Of a stretch of DNA of 64,000 nt, positions 1-12,502 are shown piece after piece. A model generated the notes under the pieces. That model worked only from the letters and a program-made list of their open reading frames with translations. It was not told the DNA's origin and made no database searches. Both the position numbers and the translations under genes were made by a program. The stretch is taken from positions 80,166,001 to 80,230,000 of the forward strand of contig OZ360221.1 of the NCBI GenBank assembly GCA_977017645.1, written 5' to 3'. Position 1 is the stretch's first letter. Each line of letters begins with the position of its first letter. This DNA is from Torpedo marmorata. Lineage: Eukaryota.

Positions 1-850
1 AACTTTTTAAAACAAGTACACTCCAATAAATCTGCCAGAATGCAGCTTAATAGAATCCATTCAAGTTTACGGTGGTATCAATTACATACCGTAATTAAAT
101 AGTGTGAAAACTGGACAGACTACAAATAAGCTAAATGTGCACTGTGGTTCACATAGTGCTGAAAGCAGCAGCAGAATGACAACAATTCAAGGTTTCAGCT
201 GCTTTCTTTACCCAAGCTATGCTTGTCAAATAAGTATTCTGCCATGCCATTTTCAGCAGCACCCAATCTCCGCAAGTTGGTTACATGGTCTCCTAGTAGC
301 TTGATGGACTTGATTTGTTCGTCCAAGTAGTGGGTCTCCAAAAAGTCACACAGATGTGGGTCAATCCTATCTGTAGCCAGTTTATGCAACTCCAAAAGCG
401 ACTGATTCACACTCTTCTCCAACTCCAAAGAGCATAGCATTGCATCCAAACCATTTCCCCATTCGTCACGATCTGGTTTCTTGATATCCTGGAGTAAGAT
501 GCGACCTCCTCGCTGGTTCTGTAGCTTCATCAGTTTCTCAGCATGCTCACGCTCCTCATGAGACTGCTCCAGCAAAAAGCAGGCAAAGTTCTTCAATGCA
601 ATGTCATCACGGTCGAAATAGTAGGACATGGAGAGGTAGGCGTAGGACGCGTAGAGCTCCAGGTTGATCTGATGGCTGCCTCGCAGTCGAGGTGGTAGTT
701 CTGTCGTACCTGGGACCTCATTTCGATTAGCAAGGGGGGTAAAAGCTGAGTAGATAGCAGAAGATGCTACGGTGGTACCTGCGGAGTGGCCGGACACAGC
801 AGCTGGGAATGAAGGTTCCGTTCAAACACTGTTGAAGCAGGAACACTCTT
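1..850 (-). pseudogene. fth1: Ferritin heavy chain processed pseudogene (retrocopy with 5'UTR, CDS 721..195, and 3'UTR running off the window start)
   Basis: No introns. Native ATG at 721 reads [17 protein letters not shown], then a ~7-bp deletion near 670 shifts frame into [22 protein letters not shown]...[12 protein letters not shown]...LELEKSVNQ...DEQIKSIK...[10 protein letters not shown]-type ferroxidase residues are present. 527+7=534 nt restores a 177-aa protein. Confidence 0.93.
815..844 (-). promoter_or_regulatory. Iron-responsive element (ferritin 5'UTR IRE)
   Basis: Minus strand GTTCCTGCTTCAACAGTGTTTGAACGGAAC: CAGUGU loop, 5-bp upper stem, UGC/C bulge and lower stem, ~95 nt upstream of the ferritin ATG. 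Confidence 0.95.
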
Positions 851-1180
851 ACACATGCAATAATTTTAACTACGTTTTCAAATTTCCTGTCAATTTCTAG
901 TGTGCAGCTTCATTTTAAAAAATGAAGTAATTGTGCTTTGAGGTAATAAGAGTCGTATCTAGTGGTCTGCAAAATCACCAGTCTAGCACCACCAATGGCC
1001 TGAGGCTGCCAGATTATTGGCGTTTTACTTCATGTATTGATTGCTGTGTGCACATAGAGGTCCTGGCCCAAAGTGATCTAGTTTATCAGGGAGTGTATCT
1101 TCCTCTTTCTGCAAGTGCAGTTTACAGATATGTGACCAGGTCATGTTCTTCCCTGTGCTTTCTGAAGTATGGGAACAAAG

Positions 1181-2746
1181 ATGGAGTACCTGGCCGAGTA
1201 TTAAAAATCTGTGCTGGCCAACTTACCAATGTATTCATGGATATCTTCAATATCTCACTCCAGCAGGGCGTGGTACCCACCTGTTTCAAACAGGCGTCAA
1301 TGATACCGGTGCCCAAGAAGAGTGTACTAACCTGCCTTAATGACTATCGACCAGTAGCACTTACATCAACAGTGATGAAGTGTTTTGAAAGGCTGGTGAT
1401 GAAGCATATCAGCTCCTGTCTGAGCGGTGACATGGATACATTCCAGTTCGCCAATCGTAGCAACAGGACTACGGTGGTTGCCATCTCACTAGCTCTACAC
1501 AAAGCCCTGGAACACCTGGACAGCAAAGATGCATACATCAGGATGCTCTTTATCGACTACAGTTCAGCATTTAAAACCATTATCCCCTCAAAACTGATCA
1601 GCAAACTCCAAGACCTGGGACTCAACACCCCACTGTGTAATTGGATCATGGATTTCCTCACCTCCAGACCACAATGAGTGAAGATTGGTAAGAACATCTC
1701 CTCCACAATCTCCATCAGTACCCCAGCACCACAGGGCTGTGTTCTTAGCCCCTTGCTCTACTCACTTTACACCTACGACTGTGTAGCTCAGTACGACAAT
1801 AACACCATCTACAAATTTGCCGACGATACCACGGTAGTAGGTTGTATAAAGGAAGGGGATGAGTCAGCATACAGGATGGAGATTGAAAACTTGGCTGAAT
1901 GGTGCACCAACAACAACCTTGCACTCAATGTCACCAAAACTAAGGAGCCGATTGTTGACTTCAGGAAAGGAAAGCCAGAGATATACAATCCAGTGATCAT
2001 TGGGGGATCAGAGGTGGAGAGGGTGAGCAAATTTAAGTTCTTGGGAGTCACTATCTCGGAGGATCTTTCCTGGACCCAACACACCAATGGCATCATGAAG
2101 AAAGCACGTCAGCGCCTCTACTTCCTCAGGAGTTTGCGGAGTGACACTAAAAACCCTGGCAAATTTCTACAGAGGTGTGGTAGACAGTATGCTGACAGGC
2201 TGCATCACGGTCTAGTATGGGGACACCAATACCCCTGAGCGTAAAGCCCTCCAAAAGGTAGTGGACACAGCCCAGGACATCACAGGCAAAACCCTCCCCA
2301 CTACTGAAAACATCTACAGGGAACGCTGCCGTCGTAGAGCAGCAGCAATCATCAAAGACCCACACCACCCAGCACACGCTCTGTTCTCGCTGCTGCCATC
2401 AGGAAAGAGGTACAGGTGCCACAAGACTCGCACCACCAGGTTCAGGAACAGCTGCTACCCCTCCACCATCAGACTCCTCAACGACAAACTCAAACAGAGA
2501 CTCAATTAAGGACTCTTGTGCACTTTATTGATTTTCTTTTTTATTCTCTCTGCATTGCACAGTCAGTTTGTTTACATTCATTATCTGTTTACAGTTCTTT
2601 ATTTGTTTACATGTATACGCATGTGTACAGTTTTTTTTGCACTACCAGTTAGTGCTAATTCTGCCGCACCCGCAGGAAAAAGAATCTGAGGGTTATATGT
2701 GATGTCATGTATGTACTGGTACTCTGACAATAAATCCGAAATCTGA
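1181..2746 (+). mobile_element. Rex1/Babar non-LTR retrotransposon, 5'-truncated, disrupted RT
   Basis: YRPVALTSTVMKCFERLV, DYSSAF, PQGCVLSPLLYSLYT and FADDTT motifs; in-frame stop at 1675 and a frameshift; 3' GACAATAAA followed by an AATCTGA-like tail. Confidence 0.9.
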
Positions 2747-2769
2747 AAGTCAAATAACCTTACTTTCAT

Positions 2770-2858
2770 TAGAAAAGCACAATGCTGGAGAAACTCAGCA
2801 GGTCACACAGCATACCTTATACAGCAAAGATAAAGATACATAACCAATGTTTCAGGCT
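2770..2858 (-). mobile_element. Penelope-like element 3' tail fragment
   Basis: AAAAGCACAATGCTGGAGAAACTCAGC matches the reverse complement of the PLE terminus at 24944-25010. Confidence 0.75.
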
Positions 2859-3227
2859 CAATTACATGCAACAGGGATTACACTGCTCTAGTCCTCCTTC
2901 CTTGTTATTTGTTAATTATTGCAACCTAAAGTAAAGCTTTGATAGTGCAGTATTCAATTGATGGGAAATCCCAATGGTTCAGCACCTGGCTCATTCACCA
3001 GTACACCAAGCCCTTGTAACCTGTGGATTCCCCATGAATTTCTCCAATCAGGGTCAGGAACAGAGATTCAGGAACGTAGGTGGGTTTGTGACCAGAGCCC
3101 AGAGTGTGGGTTGGGCATGTGGCCAGTTTGATCTGGAGTGTGGGTCTGAAACATACAGCTGAAACACCACTTGTCTCCTATCAAACTGCCTGGATTCACT
3201 GACTTTATCATACTAATTTGTAATGTA

Positions 3228-4535
3228 TTTTAAAAAATGAAGTAATTGTGCTTTGAGGTAATAGAGTGGTATCTGCAAAATCAGTCTAGCACCACCAATG
3301 GCCTGAGGTTGCCAGATTATTGCCGTTTTACTTCACGTCCTGGCCCAAAGTGATCTAGTTTTTCATGGAGTGTATCTTCCTCTTTCTGCAACTGCAGTTT
3401 ACAGATATGTGACCAGGTCATGACCAAGACCACAGTCAGTACGAATTAGAAACAACGTCTCCTCCTCACTGATTATCAACACAGGTGCACCCAAGGATGC
3501 GAGCTTAGCCCACTGCTCTACTCGTTATACACCCATGACTGTGTGGCCAGGCACAATTCCAATGCCATCTACGATGACACCACAGTTGTCGGCAAAATCA
3601 CAAACGGCAAAGAGGAAGCGTACAGGAGGGAGATAGATCAGCTCGTTGAATGGTGTAACGACAACAACCTTGCGCTCAACGTCAGCAAAACCAAGGAAAT
3701 GATTGTGGACTTCAGGAGGAAGTCAGGGGAACACGACCCAGTACTCATCGAGGGCTCAGTAGTGGAGAGGGTCAAGAACTTCAAATTCCTGGGTGTCAAC
3801 ATCTCCAAGGATCTGTCCTGGAGCCTCCACGTTGATGCAAACACAAAGAAGGCTCGCCAGCAGCTATACTTTGTGAGGTGCCTGAGGAGATTCGGTATGT
3901 CACCGAAGACTCTCGTAAACTTCTACAGGTGTACCGTGGAGAGCTGGTTGCATCACTGCCTGGTATGGAGGCGCCAACTCTCAGGACAAGAATAAACTCC
4001 AGAGGGTTGTTAACTCGGCCTGTGACATCACAGGCACCAAACTTCACTCCATCGAGGACATCTACATGAGGCAGTGTCTCAAAAAAGCAGCCTCTATCCT
4101 CAAAGACCCCCACCACCCAAGCCATGCCCTCTTCACTCTGCTACCATCGGAAAAAAGGTACAGGAGCCTAAAGACGAGCACTCAACGGCACAAGGACAGC
4201 TTCTTCCCCGCTGCCATCAGATTCCTGAATAATCAATGAACCAAAGACACTGCCTTACTTTTCGTGCACTATTACTTATATTTTTTTTTATAGTAATGTC
4301 ATAAGATGGTTATAATATGAATGTTTGCACTATGATGCTGCCGCAAATCACTGAATTTCATGACTTGTTCATGACAGTAAATTCTGATTCTGATTCCCTG
4401 TGCTTTCTGAAGTATGGGAACAAAGTCAAATAACCTTTCTTTCATTAGTAAAAGCACAATGCTGGAGAAACTCAGCAGGTCACAAAGCATACTTTATACA
4501 GCAAAAATAAAGATACATAACCGATGTTTCAGACC
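3228..4535 (+). repeat. Local tandem duplication, copy B (3228-3422 + 4394-4535), split by a different Rex1 insertion
   Basis: Aligns with copy A with small indels. Confidence 0.9.
3423..4393 (+). mobile_element. Rex1/Babar fragment, (ATTCTG)n-tailed subfamily
   Basis: DDTTVVG...LNVSKTKEMIVDFRR...FKFLGV; tail AAATTCTGATTCTGA; same subfamily as 13545-14057 and 55085-55434. Confidence 0.9.
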
Positions 4536-4570
4536 TGAACCCTTCACCAAAGTATGAGCAAAATGTAGAT
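4447..4570 (-). mobile_element. Penelope-like 3' tail fragment with decayed hammerhead-like motif
   Basis: Minus strand TTGGTGAAGGGTTCAGGTCTGAAACATCGG...CTCCAGCATTGTGCTTTTACT. Confidence 0.75.
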
Positions 4571-4964
4571 TCACTCATTTCTTTCATTAGTGACAGCTTA
4601 GAAGAATTGTTTTCTTGTCACGTTTATATTGCAGTGCTGATTGAAAGTTTTTTTTAAAAAATGTATATTCTCTTGTGTGGTTTGCATTGTAAATGTCACT
4701 TTTTTTTTTCCTGTTTCAGTTAAGTAGGTTGGTTTCTTAATAACCTCCCTTTCTACATAACTCTGTATTTTACTTAACACTGTTAACTTCCTGTGTTTAG
4801 GTTGTTAGAAGACCCGCACGACCAGTCTTTAACTTTCTTTCCTACTTTCACTGTAAAACCGATGAAAATGTTGTAAACACAGCTTGTTACCTATTCATAA
4901 TCTTGTAAAGTCTTATCTGTGTAACCTGTGTTGATAGGTTAATCTCCTGAAATAGGCCCACTGT

Positions 4965-5193
4965 TGTTATATAGTCAGGATAATGTGGACTATTTTGTAA
5001 CCGAGTAAGAATACACCCTTCTCACTGTAGTAACTGTAGTGCACCACTGTGTGGTGTATGTATATGTATGTGTTTGTGTAAACAGGTTTTTCCTAAGATG
5101 GAGTCAGGCACAGTGAGTAAAAAAGATTTCTGTTAAAGAAACCTCGCATCCAAGTTATTTAAGAAGCCTCCCAAGTAACACAAAGGCATAACA
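4965..5193 (+). repeat. 5' LTR (229 bp, TGTTAT...ATAACA)
   Basis: Direct repeat of 9351-9560; TG...CA ends with a short terminal inverted repeat. Confidence 0.95.
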
Positions 5194-5206
5194 TGGTGGC
5201 AGCGGT
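5194..5206 (+). other. Primer-binding site, tRNA-Leu
   Basis: TGGTGGCAGCGGT immediately after the LTR is complementary to the ...ACCGCTGCCACCA 3' end of vertebrate tRNA-Leu(AAG). Confidence 0.8.
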
Positions 5207-5260
5207 ATAAGAGAACAAGAAAAAAGCCATTCAAGTGATTGTAAGTCGCTGGAAAAAAAA

Positions 5261-8200
5261 ATGGCTGCAGTAACTGCAGCACACCCAGTGATGGACTGGG
5301 AGGCAGAAGACATTGTTGAATCGTTTAAAAAGTTTCAGCAGAAGTGCAATTTGGCATTCAAAAGCTATTTTAAAAATGCAACAGCAGAGGAAAAGGTCAG
5401 TTATATCCTTCTCTGGACAGGGGAGCGAGGCCTTGACTTATTTAATAGCTGGGAGCTTACAGAGGTGGAGAAAAATGATCCAAAGCAGATATTTGAAAAG
5501 TTTGCTTCTCACCTTGAACCCAGGTCTAATCATAGAATTAAATGCTATGAATTTCAAGGCTTAATGCAAGAGACTGATGAAACTGTTGATAACTTCCTCA
5601 ATAGACTAAAAATCAGATTTGAGGATATTGAGGAAAGATTAGTTGATCAACTAATATGGGGGAGTGCCCATCCCGAAGTGCAAAAGTCTCTTATAGGGAA
5701 GGATAGCTTGAAGCTGGCCGATGCTATAGACACAGCCAGAGCCTTCGAAGCCACGAGGACGCAAATGAAATCCCTATTTATGCAGACCCACCCACAGCAA
5801 AGAGAAAGAAGGATTGAAGCTATAAAGAACACAATCAGAAAAGTGCAAACCTCCAAGACCTGCAGGAGGTGCGGCAGACAACACTCCTTTGATGACCGAA
5901 ACAAATGCCCTGCATACGGTTCTGAATGTAGAGCCTGTGGTAAAGCAAACCACTGGGCGAAGATGTGCAAGTCTGGTATGAAGAAAACAGTAATACCAGT
6001 GAAGAAAGGAGACAAAAAGAGGATCCACCACATAAAGGGAAACAACAATGAGGACTCCGACACCCAGATGCTGGACATAGAATCCATACACCTTCACAAG
6101 ATGTCGGGTGAGAAGAAAGAAGGAAGCGAGTTGCACACAAGGATCCAAATACAGAGGACAATCCAGAACAAGCCTACGATATTTAACCTAAAGGTGAAGC
6201 TGGATACTGGATCACAAAGCAACGTCCTTCCACTTAGGCTATACCGCCAGATGTTCCTGGAGAACATAATAAAAGGGTACCCAAACGACGGTGCACTGGA
6301 AACAACAAATGTCACATTAACAGCCTACAGTGGACCCATGATCAAGCAGCTCGGAAGAACGAAGATCAATGGCTGCCATAAGGGAAGGAACATCCTCTGT
6401 ATGTTCTACGTGGTAGATGCAGAAGGACCAGCAATTCTAGGTCTGGATAGCTGCCGGGAGATGAAGTTGATCTCTGTCAATTATGAGATCCAGATGAAGA
6501 AGATATACAAAAGGATCAACAGAGACACTCCATTGGAAAACCGACCTCCTGTCACAAACAAGGCTGAGCTCATGAGCATGTACCCGGAGTGCTTTGATGA
6601 TTCAATTGGATGCTTTGGAGACTTTGAATATCACATCGTCATAGATCCAAACTGCCAACCAGTAGTCCATGCTCCATGGAAGGTACCACTAGAGCTTAAG
6701 AAGAAGCTGGAGCAAGAACTAAAGGACATGGAAAGGATGCAAGTTATAGCCAAAGTTACTGAGCCGACTGACTGGGTAAATTCCATAGTGGTCAAAGAAA
6801 AACCAAATGGCCGCTTGAGAATATGTCTAGACCCAAAAGACTTAAATCAAGCAATAAAAAGGGGTCACTACCCAACATCGACACTAGAAGACATCACAGC
6901 GGAACTAGCAGGATCCAAAATCTTTAGCAAGCTAGATGCTAAGAATGGATACTGGAATGTGAAAATAGAAGACGAATCAACAATACTAACAACGTTCAAT
7001 ACTCCATTTGGTCATTACAAGTTCCTGCGATTACCTTTCAGCCTAAAGGTAAGCCAGGACGTGTTCCAACAGAAGATCGATGAAACCTACAGAGGGTGTA
7101 AAGGAGCTGTTGGCATCGCGGATGACATCCAGGTGTTTGGCAGAGATGGAAAAGCTCATGATCTTCATGGAGAGAACAAGAGGAGCTGGAATTAAACTTA
7201 ATGCAGACAATGCATTATTAAAGAGAAGGAATGCCAATTTTTCGGAATGGTGTACACTCCTGATGGGGTAAAGCCAAACCCAGAGAAGGTTAAAGCCATT
7301 GCCGAGATGGAGCACCCAAAGGACAAAAAGGAACTCAGAAGTTTCCTTGGATTGGTCCAATACATGAGTTCCTTCATACCACATATGTTAGACCACACAG
7401 CAAACATCAGAGAGTTGCTGAAGGAAGACGTGGAATTTCAGTGGTCACCATCACACCAGAGAAGCTTTGACCAGCTCAAAGAAATAATATGCAGAGAAGT
7501 AGAGTTAAGATACTATGATAGAGAAAAAGCCCTCACTCTGCAAGTAGATGCATCTAACAGAGGCCTTGGTGCAGCATTGGTGCAAGAAAGGAAACCAATG
7601 GCTTTTGCCTCAAAAGCACGAACAACAGCGGAGACCAGATATGCCAATATCGAGAGAGAGCTGTTGGCGGTCGTATACGGATGAGAAAAGTTTCACAAGT
7701 TTCTGTATGGAAGAAGTTTATAGTAGAAAGTGATCATCGCCCACTGGAAGACATCCATAGGAAAAACCTAAACAAGGCACCAGCTAGGCTGCAGAGATTA
7801 CTTTTACGACTACAATGCTACGACTTCGACTTAAAATACAAACCAGGCAAAGAAATGGTGCTTGCTGATACCTTGTCATGACTTTCACCGAATGAAAAAT
7901 ATGAAATGGAAGACATGGGGATCAAGATACATCATCTCGTCAGTGTGACCAGTAATAAACTAAGCCAGATCAGAGAAGAAACCAATAAGGATGATGTGTT
8001 GCAAATGCTTTCTCAACAAGTAATACAAGGATGGCCAGAGAAGATAAAGCAGATACAGCCTGCAATACGTCAATATTGGTCTATCAGAGACGACGTATCG
8101 TTGGAGAATGGTGTTCTGCTGGCTGGATCAAGACTGATTATACCTGAGACAATGCAGAAAGATATTCTCCAGATAATACATGAAGGTCACATGGGAATGG

Positions 8201-9290
8201 AGAAATGTAAACTCAGAGCGAAGTCAGCCGTGTACTGGACTGGTATATACAAAGACATTGAAAATATAGTGGCTACATGCCAAGTATGCCAAAAGTACAG
8301 AAACACGCAACAAAAAGAAGAAATAATTTCCACAGAAGTACCTGCCAGGCCATGGCACACAGTGGGAGCAGACTTGTTCACCGAGAATCAAGAGTGGTAT
8401 TTAATAGTAGCCTTTTACTACTCTAAGTTTCCATTCGTCAAAAAGGTGAAAGACCTGAGAGCGGCAACTATCACCTCAGAAGTGAGAGCACTCCTTGCTG
8501 AACAAGGAATACCTGAGCAAATAATATGTGACAATGGAACACAGTTCACGTCATAAGAATTCAGAAAGCTCACTGCAGAGTATGGGTTTGTTATCAATAC
8601 ATCATCCCTATACTACCCGAAAGGTCATGGGTTCATTGAAAGGCAAGTGCAAACTGCGAAACGCACACTAGTTAAATGTCGTGAAACAAAAGAAGACCCA
8701 TACCTAGCTCTTCTATCATTATGAGCAACACCTTTAAGGGCTGACATGAAGTCCCCAGCAGAACTCCTAAATGGTAGGAGATATAGAAAAACTCTGCCAA
8801 GCAAAATACACCCTCCAGAAGACCAGGAGGAAACCAAAAGAAGACTGGCTGACACGCAAGAAGAAGGACGCCAGCATTATAACAAACATGCACAAACATT
8901 GCTAGAACTCTTCAGAGGGCAGCATGTACATATTCAAGAGCCAAGGATGAAAACATGGACCCCAGCAAAGGTCATCAGAGAAGCTGAGACACCAAGATCA
9001 TACATTGTCGAGACAGACTCTGGCAATCAGCTGAGGAGGAACAGAATTCACGAGATGTGATGAAGCAGAAAGCTTTAATACCAGCAAAGCCTGCAACACC
9101 AACAGCAAGAGAGGTATCAAGTGAAGAGACCACAACCACTAGTACCGAAACTTCAACACAGTAGTTGTCAGGTGAAGCACAACAAGCTACATCACCTACA
9201 CGTGTACTAGCAACACAGAGGTCAACGGTCACAGCCAAATCCACAAGATGGCGAAACAACATACTGCCGCCAGTGTGATATCGATAAGAG
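5261..9290 (+). pseudogene. Gag-pol polyprotein of the Mag-like Gypsy, several stops and frameshifts after RT
   Basis: Twin zinc knuckle CRRCGRQH...CPAYGSECRACGKANHWAKMC; protease KLDTGS; RT LDAKNGYW and IADDI; RNase H VDASNRGLGA and ERELLAVV; integrase HEGHMG...CQVC and CDNGTQF. Confidence 0.9.
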
Positions 9291-9350
9291 CTATGAGAAA
9301 AAAAAAGTGATAAAGAATACTAAAGTTCTCTTTACCTTGAGAAGGAGGGA

Positions 9351-9560
9351 TGTTATATAGTCAGGATAATGTGGACTATTTTGTAAACGAGTAAGAATAC
9401 ACCCTTCTCACTATAGTAACTGTAGTGCACCACTGTGTGGCATATGTATATGTATGTGTGTGTGTAAACAGGTTTTTCCTAAGATGGAGTCAGGCACAGT
9501 GAGTAAAAAAGATTTATTTTAAAGAAACCTCGCATCCAAGTTATTTAAGAAGCCTCCCAA
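9351..9560 (+). repeat. 3' LTR, lacking the last ~19 bp
   Basis: Matches the 5' LTR up to GCCTCCCAA, then diverges; no TSD can be recovered. Confidence 0.93.
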
Positions 9561-9719
9561 TCATTAAGGTTTACCACTAACTTCACTTCTGAGTGGAGTT
9601 TCTGAGCAAGGTATGTCTGGAGAGGGACATCTTGTAGCCTTTTTCTGTGCACTGTGTTTCTTTTTTATTGGGCTGCACTTTGTTGAGAGGGTGAGCCAAG
9701 GGCATCAAGGCATCTAGAG

Positions 9720-9942
9720 CAGCCATTCTCAACCTTTATTTTGGCTATGCCCCCCTTAGGACTCAGCTCAAAGTTTTTGGGCCCCCTTCCCTGTGAAGTA
9801 GTCAAGTTTGATTGGTTTCTTCCGTACTTCTCTCCTACCGACTACATTAAAAAAAATATATATTTAGGATTTCAGTTCGTAGTCCCCTTAAATGTGCTGT
9901 GGCCCCCCAGGGGGGCCGTATGGCACCCGTTGAGAATGGCTG
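9720..9942. mobile_element. hAT (Charlie-type) MITE
   Basis: 14-bp TIR CAGCCATTCTCAAC / GTTGAGAATGGCTG; perfect 8-bp TSD ATCTAGAG at 9712-9719 and 9943-9950. Confidence 0.92.
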
Positions 9943-10729
9943 ATCTAGAGCACCGGAACTGAGGCCTTGACTCAGTGTCTGTGCATGCTACCTGACCTGA
10001 TGAGTGTTTCCTCCACTTCCTGCTTTATTTCAGATTTCCAGAACATGTTTTTTTCAAATTCTCATCTAGCCCCTCGTTAACCAGCACTACCTACACTACA
10101 TCCTCGTACTGTGGAACTTAAATATTTTAGAAAGAAATTGTTAAGGAGGACAAATGAGAGTTCGTAAATTAGAATCAAATCATGACAAAAGATAAATAAA
10201 CACTGTATCAAATTAAATACGAAACCAATACTGCAGCAGACACTTAACTGTTACATATCTAACTTTCACAGTTAAAACCCACAGGTAAAATGATCCTCTT
10301 ACATGTCAAAGACTTTGCAGGTTCTAATATTGCTTGACAAGACTGATAAATAATTGGTTCTTCTGCTAAAGAGGAAATCAGTTAACATAACAAATTTGAC
10401 CCTTTGGATGATCCCAGGACAGTTGCTCCTTTATTTTTAAAAGCGTGAAATTTTTGAGCTAGTTGGTGACACGCACAACCCCTCCCCATCCAGATATTTC
10501 ATTACAAGTATTAAATATCTCCCTAACAGTCCAGGATTACTATCTCTACCTGTGCCCACATCACTTACCACTGAGGGAATACAGAGCAAATCTTCTACCT
10601 AACAAAAGTCACATTAAGCTCTGTAAGTAATCTCTCAGTGTCAGCAGGGAATAAACGGTATTAGCAGTTATGGGAATCTGAAACTATTTGTGGAATACAT
10701 CTGCAAAAGTTAAACGGTTACCTTTAATT

Positions 10730-11690
10730 TTTTTGTGTTAAACATGGATGGACAATTTTCGTGCTGGATTTTAATCCCTGAAGTAAAGCAACTTTTCAGC
10801 AATTACGTTTTTTTTTTAAATGTCACCTTTTGCCTTCCTCTATTATATCTTTCAATGCAATTTCCTAATCAACAACACCAATTCATCCTTCCCTTTGAAT
10901 TTAAGACCTTGTTTTGCATAGCTAATTTACTTTCAAACTCCAAGCAAAATTATTTTGTACTGTAGTATGGAAGTTCTTCCCCAATGATCCTTCACAAGTT
11001 TATCAATTAACTTTCTCACTGCACTAAAGAAGCCTTTTTCAAAGTGGATTCTCAACATATTGATCTGGAAAACCATCTTGTATACATTCTATGATTTTGC
11101 TCTTCTCTTACCATTGTTAAGTTAATTTGTCCGGTCTATCTTTAGATCACCGTTACCTCTGTCACCTTCAATGTCCTGACTTATGCCATGCCCAATATCA
11201 TAACTAATTGATTTTCTGCTCTTTGCTCTTTCTCAGTTTGGCCCAAATGCCTTCAAACTTTTCTCTGTGGTTTAATGAGCCAACATCATTTCTCATCACT
11301 GCACTGATCTTAACCTTTAATAACAGAACTTCCCATCTTCATTTTCTTTACTTTCTCGACAGCAAAAATTATTAAACATTCGGGCATCCTGCAGTCACCT
11401 TTCTGTAATAGAAATCAGATCATACCTTATTGCAAATGCTGGAAACAGTTAGATGCAACCACTTGAATTTTTATCTTTTTAACATTGACACTAGCTTTCC
11501 TTCTGCTGTTTATCCACTTCAGACTCTTATTTCCACTTCCTGTTTGGTTTTTTTCCCTACCCTGAATTCCCTTTGAAGTTTCCATTCCCTGTCAAGCAGG
11601 TTTAAACCCTTTCTGAAAGCAAAATGAAACCCCAACCCCTCCCACGAGAATATTTTACTGTTCCTGCTGAGATGCAGCTTGAACGGGCCG
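10730..11690 (-). mobile_element. Ancient CR1 LINE remnant (ORF1 end and endonuclease region)
   Basis: Minus-strand traces such as CIQDGFPDQYVENP and LHLSRNS; heavily decayed. Confidence 0.5.
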
Positions 11691-11724
11691 AAGAGCCCAT
11701 TTCCATGCTGTAAAATCCTATGAC

Positions 11725-11857
11725 TTTATGGCACATCTTTAGGAATTGGGAATCGCCTGAAAAAGCCATGGGAAACTCACGCGATCGCACAAGAATGTGT
11801 AAATGCACAGACAATGCCAGAGGTCAGGACCAAACCAGGGGAATTGCAGCTGTGATG
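11725..11857 (-). mobile_element. Degenerate V-SINE (HE1-like)
   Basis: Reverse complement resembles the B-box plus V-domain seen at 29498-29712. Confidence 0.55.
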
Positions 11858-11859
11858 TT

Positions 11860-12160
11860 ATTTGCAACTCACGATCACAAATGACATAGTTCCACTCCTA
11901 TTTTGTGGGTTCTGAGGGGTTTGACATGAGAGCAAGAAATGATTCCACAGGCAAGTGAAAACCAGATGAGACAAGTGCTGTCTGATGAAGCCTGAAGGTG
12001 GGGTTTGGTAGAATGGTCTGCTCCTTCTGCATCCTCCACCACTGAAACCCGTTTGCTCCCAGCGCATGGATTCCAAGTTTTCAATACCATCCTGTATCCG
12101 CATTCTCCACTTTGAGCGGACAAAACCCAGAGATTCCCAGGATTACATTGGAGAACCTCC
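11860..12160 (-). mobile_element. RTE-clade LINE 3' remnant
   Basis: Minus-strand RSKWRMRIQDGIENLES resembles RTE/BovB-type C-termini. Confidence 0.5.
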
Positions 12161-12502
12161 GTATTTCTGTATTCAATTTTCTCAGCAACAATTTATAATG
12201 CTCCATCAGGTTTCTTCATTCTTTGCTATGCCAATATACAAGCCTTTTGTGAATCATGCACTTGGACACTCAAGATCCCCATGCATCTCAAAGCTCTGTG
12301 ATATCTCACCTTTTGGATAATACCCCACCATTGTACATTTCCTGCAAAAAAGGGACCATTTCACATATTCCCACATAATACTACATTTGGCAGGCTATTG
12401 CCCACCTTTATATCGTATATATGTCCTCTTGACAACATAGTTTCCTTCCTATCTTTGCATCATTGGCAAATTTAGCTACCATGCCTTCAATGCCATCATT
12501 TA

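Larger units (their letters stand above)
913..2858 (+). repeat. Local tandem duplication, copy A (913-1180 + 2747-2858), split by a Rex1 insertion
   Basis: TTTTAAAAAATGAAGTAATTGTGCTTTGAGG...GGGAACAAAG|TCAAATAACC... recurs at 3228-3422 + 4394-4535. Confidence 0.9.
4965..9560 (+). mobile_element. Gypsy LTR retrotransposon, Mag-like (K02A2.6-type), decayed
   Basis: LTRs 4965-5193 and 9351-9560 (about 7 differences), PBS at 5194, PPT GAGAAGGAGGGA at 9339-9350, domain order gag-PR-RT-RH-IN. Confidence 0.93.

Noticed and set aside
195-797. 200-aa ferritin ORF with a novel N-terminus
   Set aside because: It starts at a GTG in the 5' UTR, and its first ~42 residues are UTR plus out-of-frame CDS. 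The true ATG at 721 is frameshifted.
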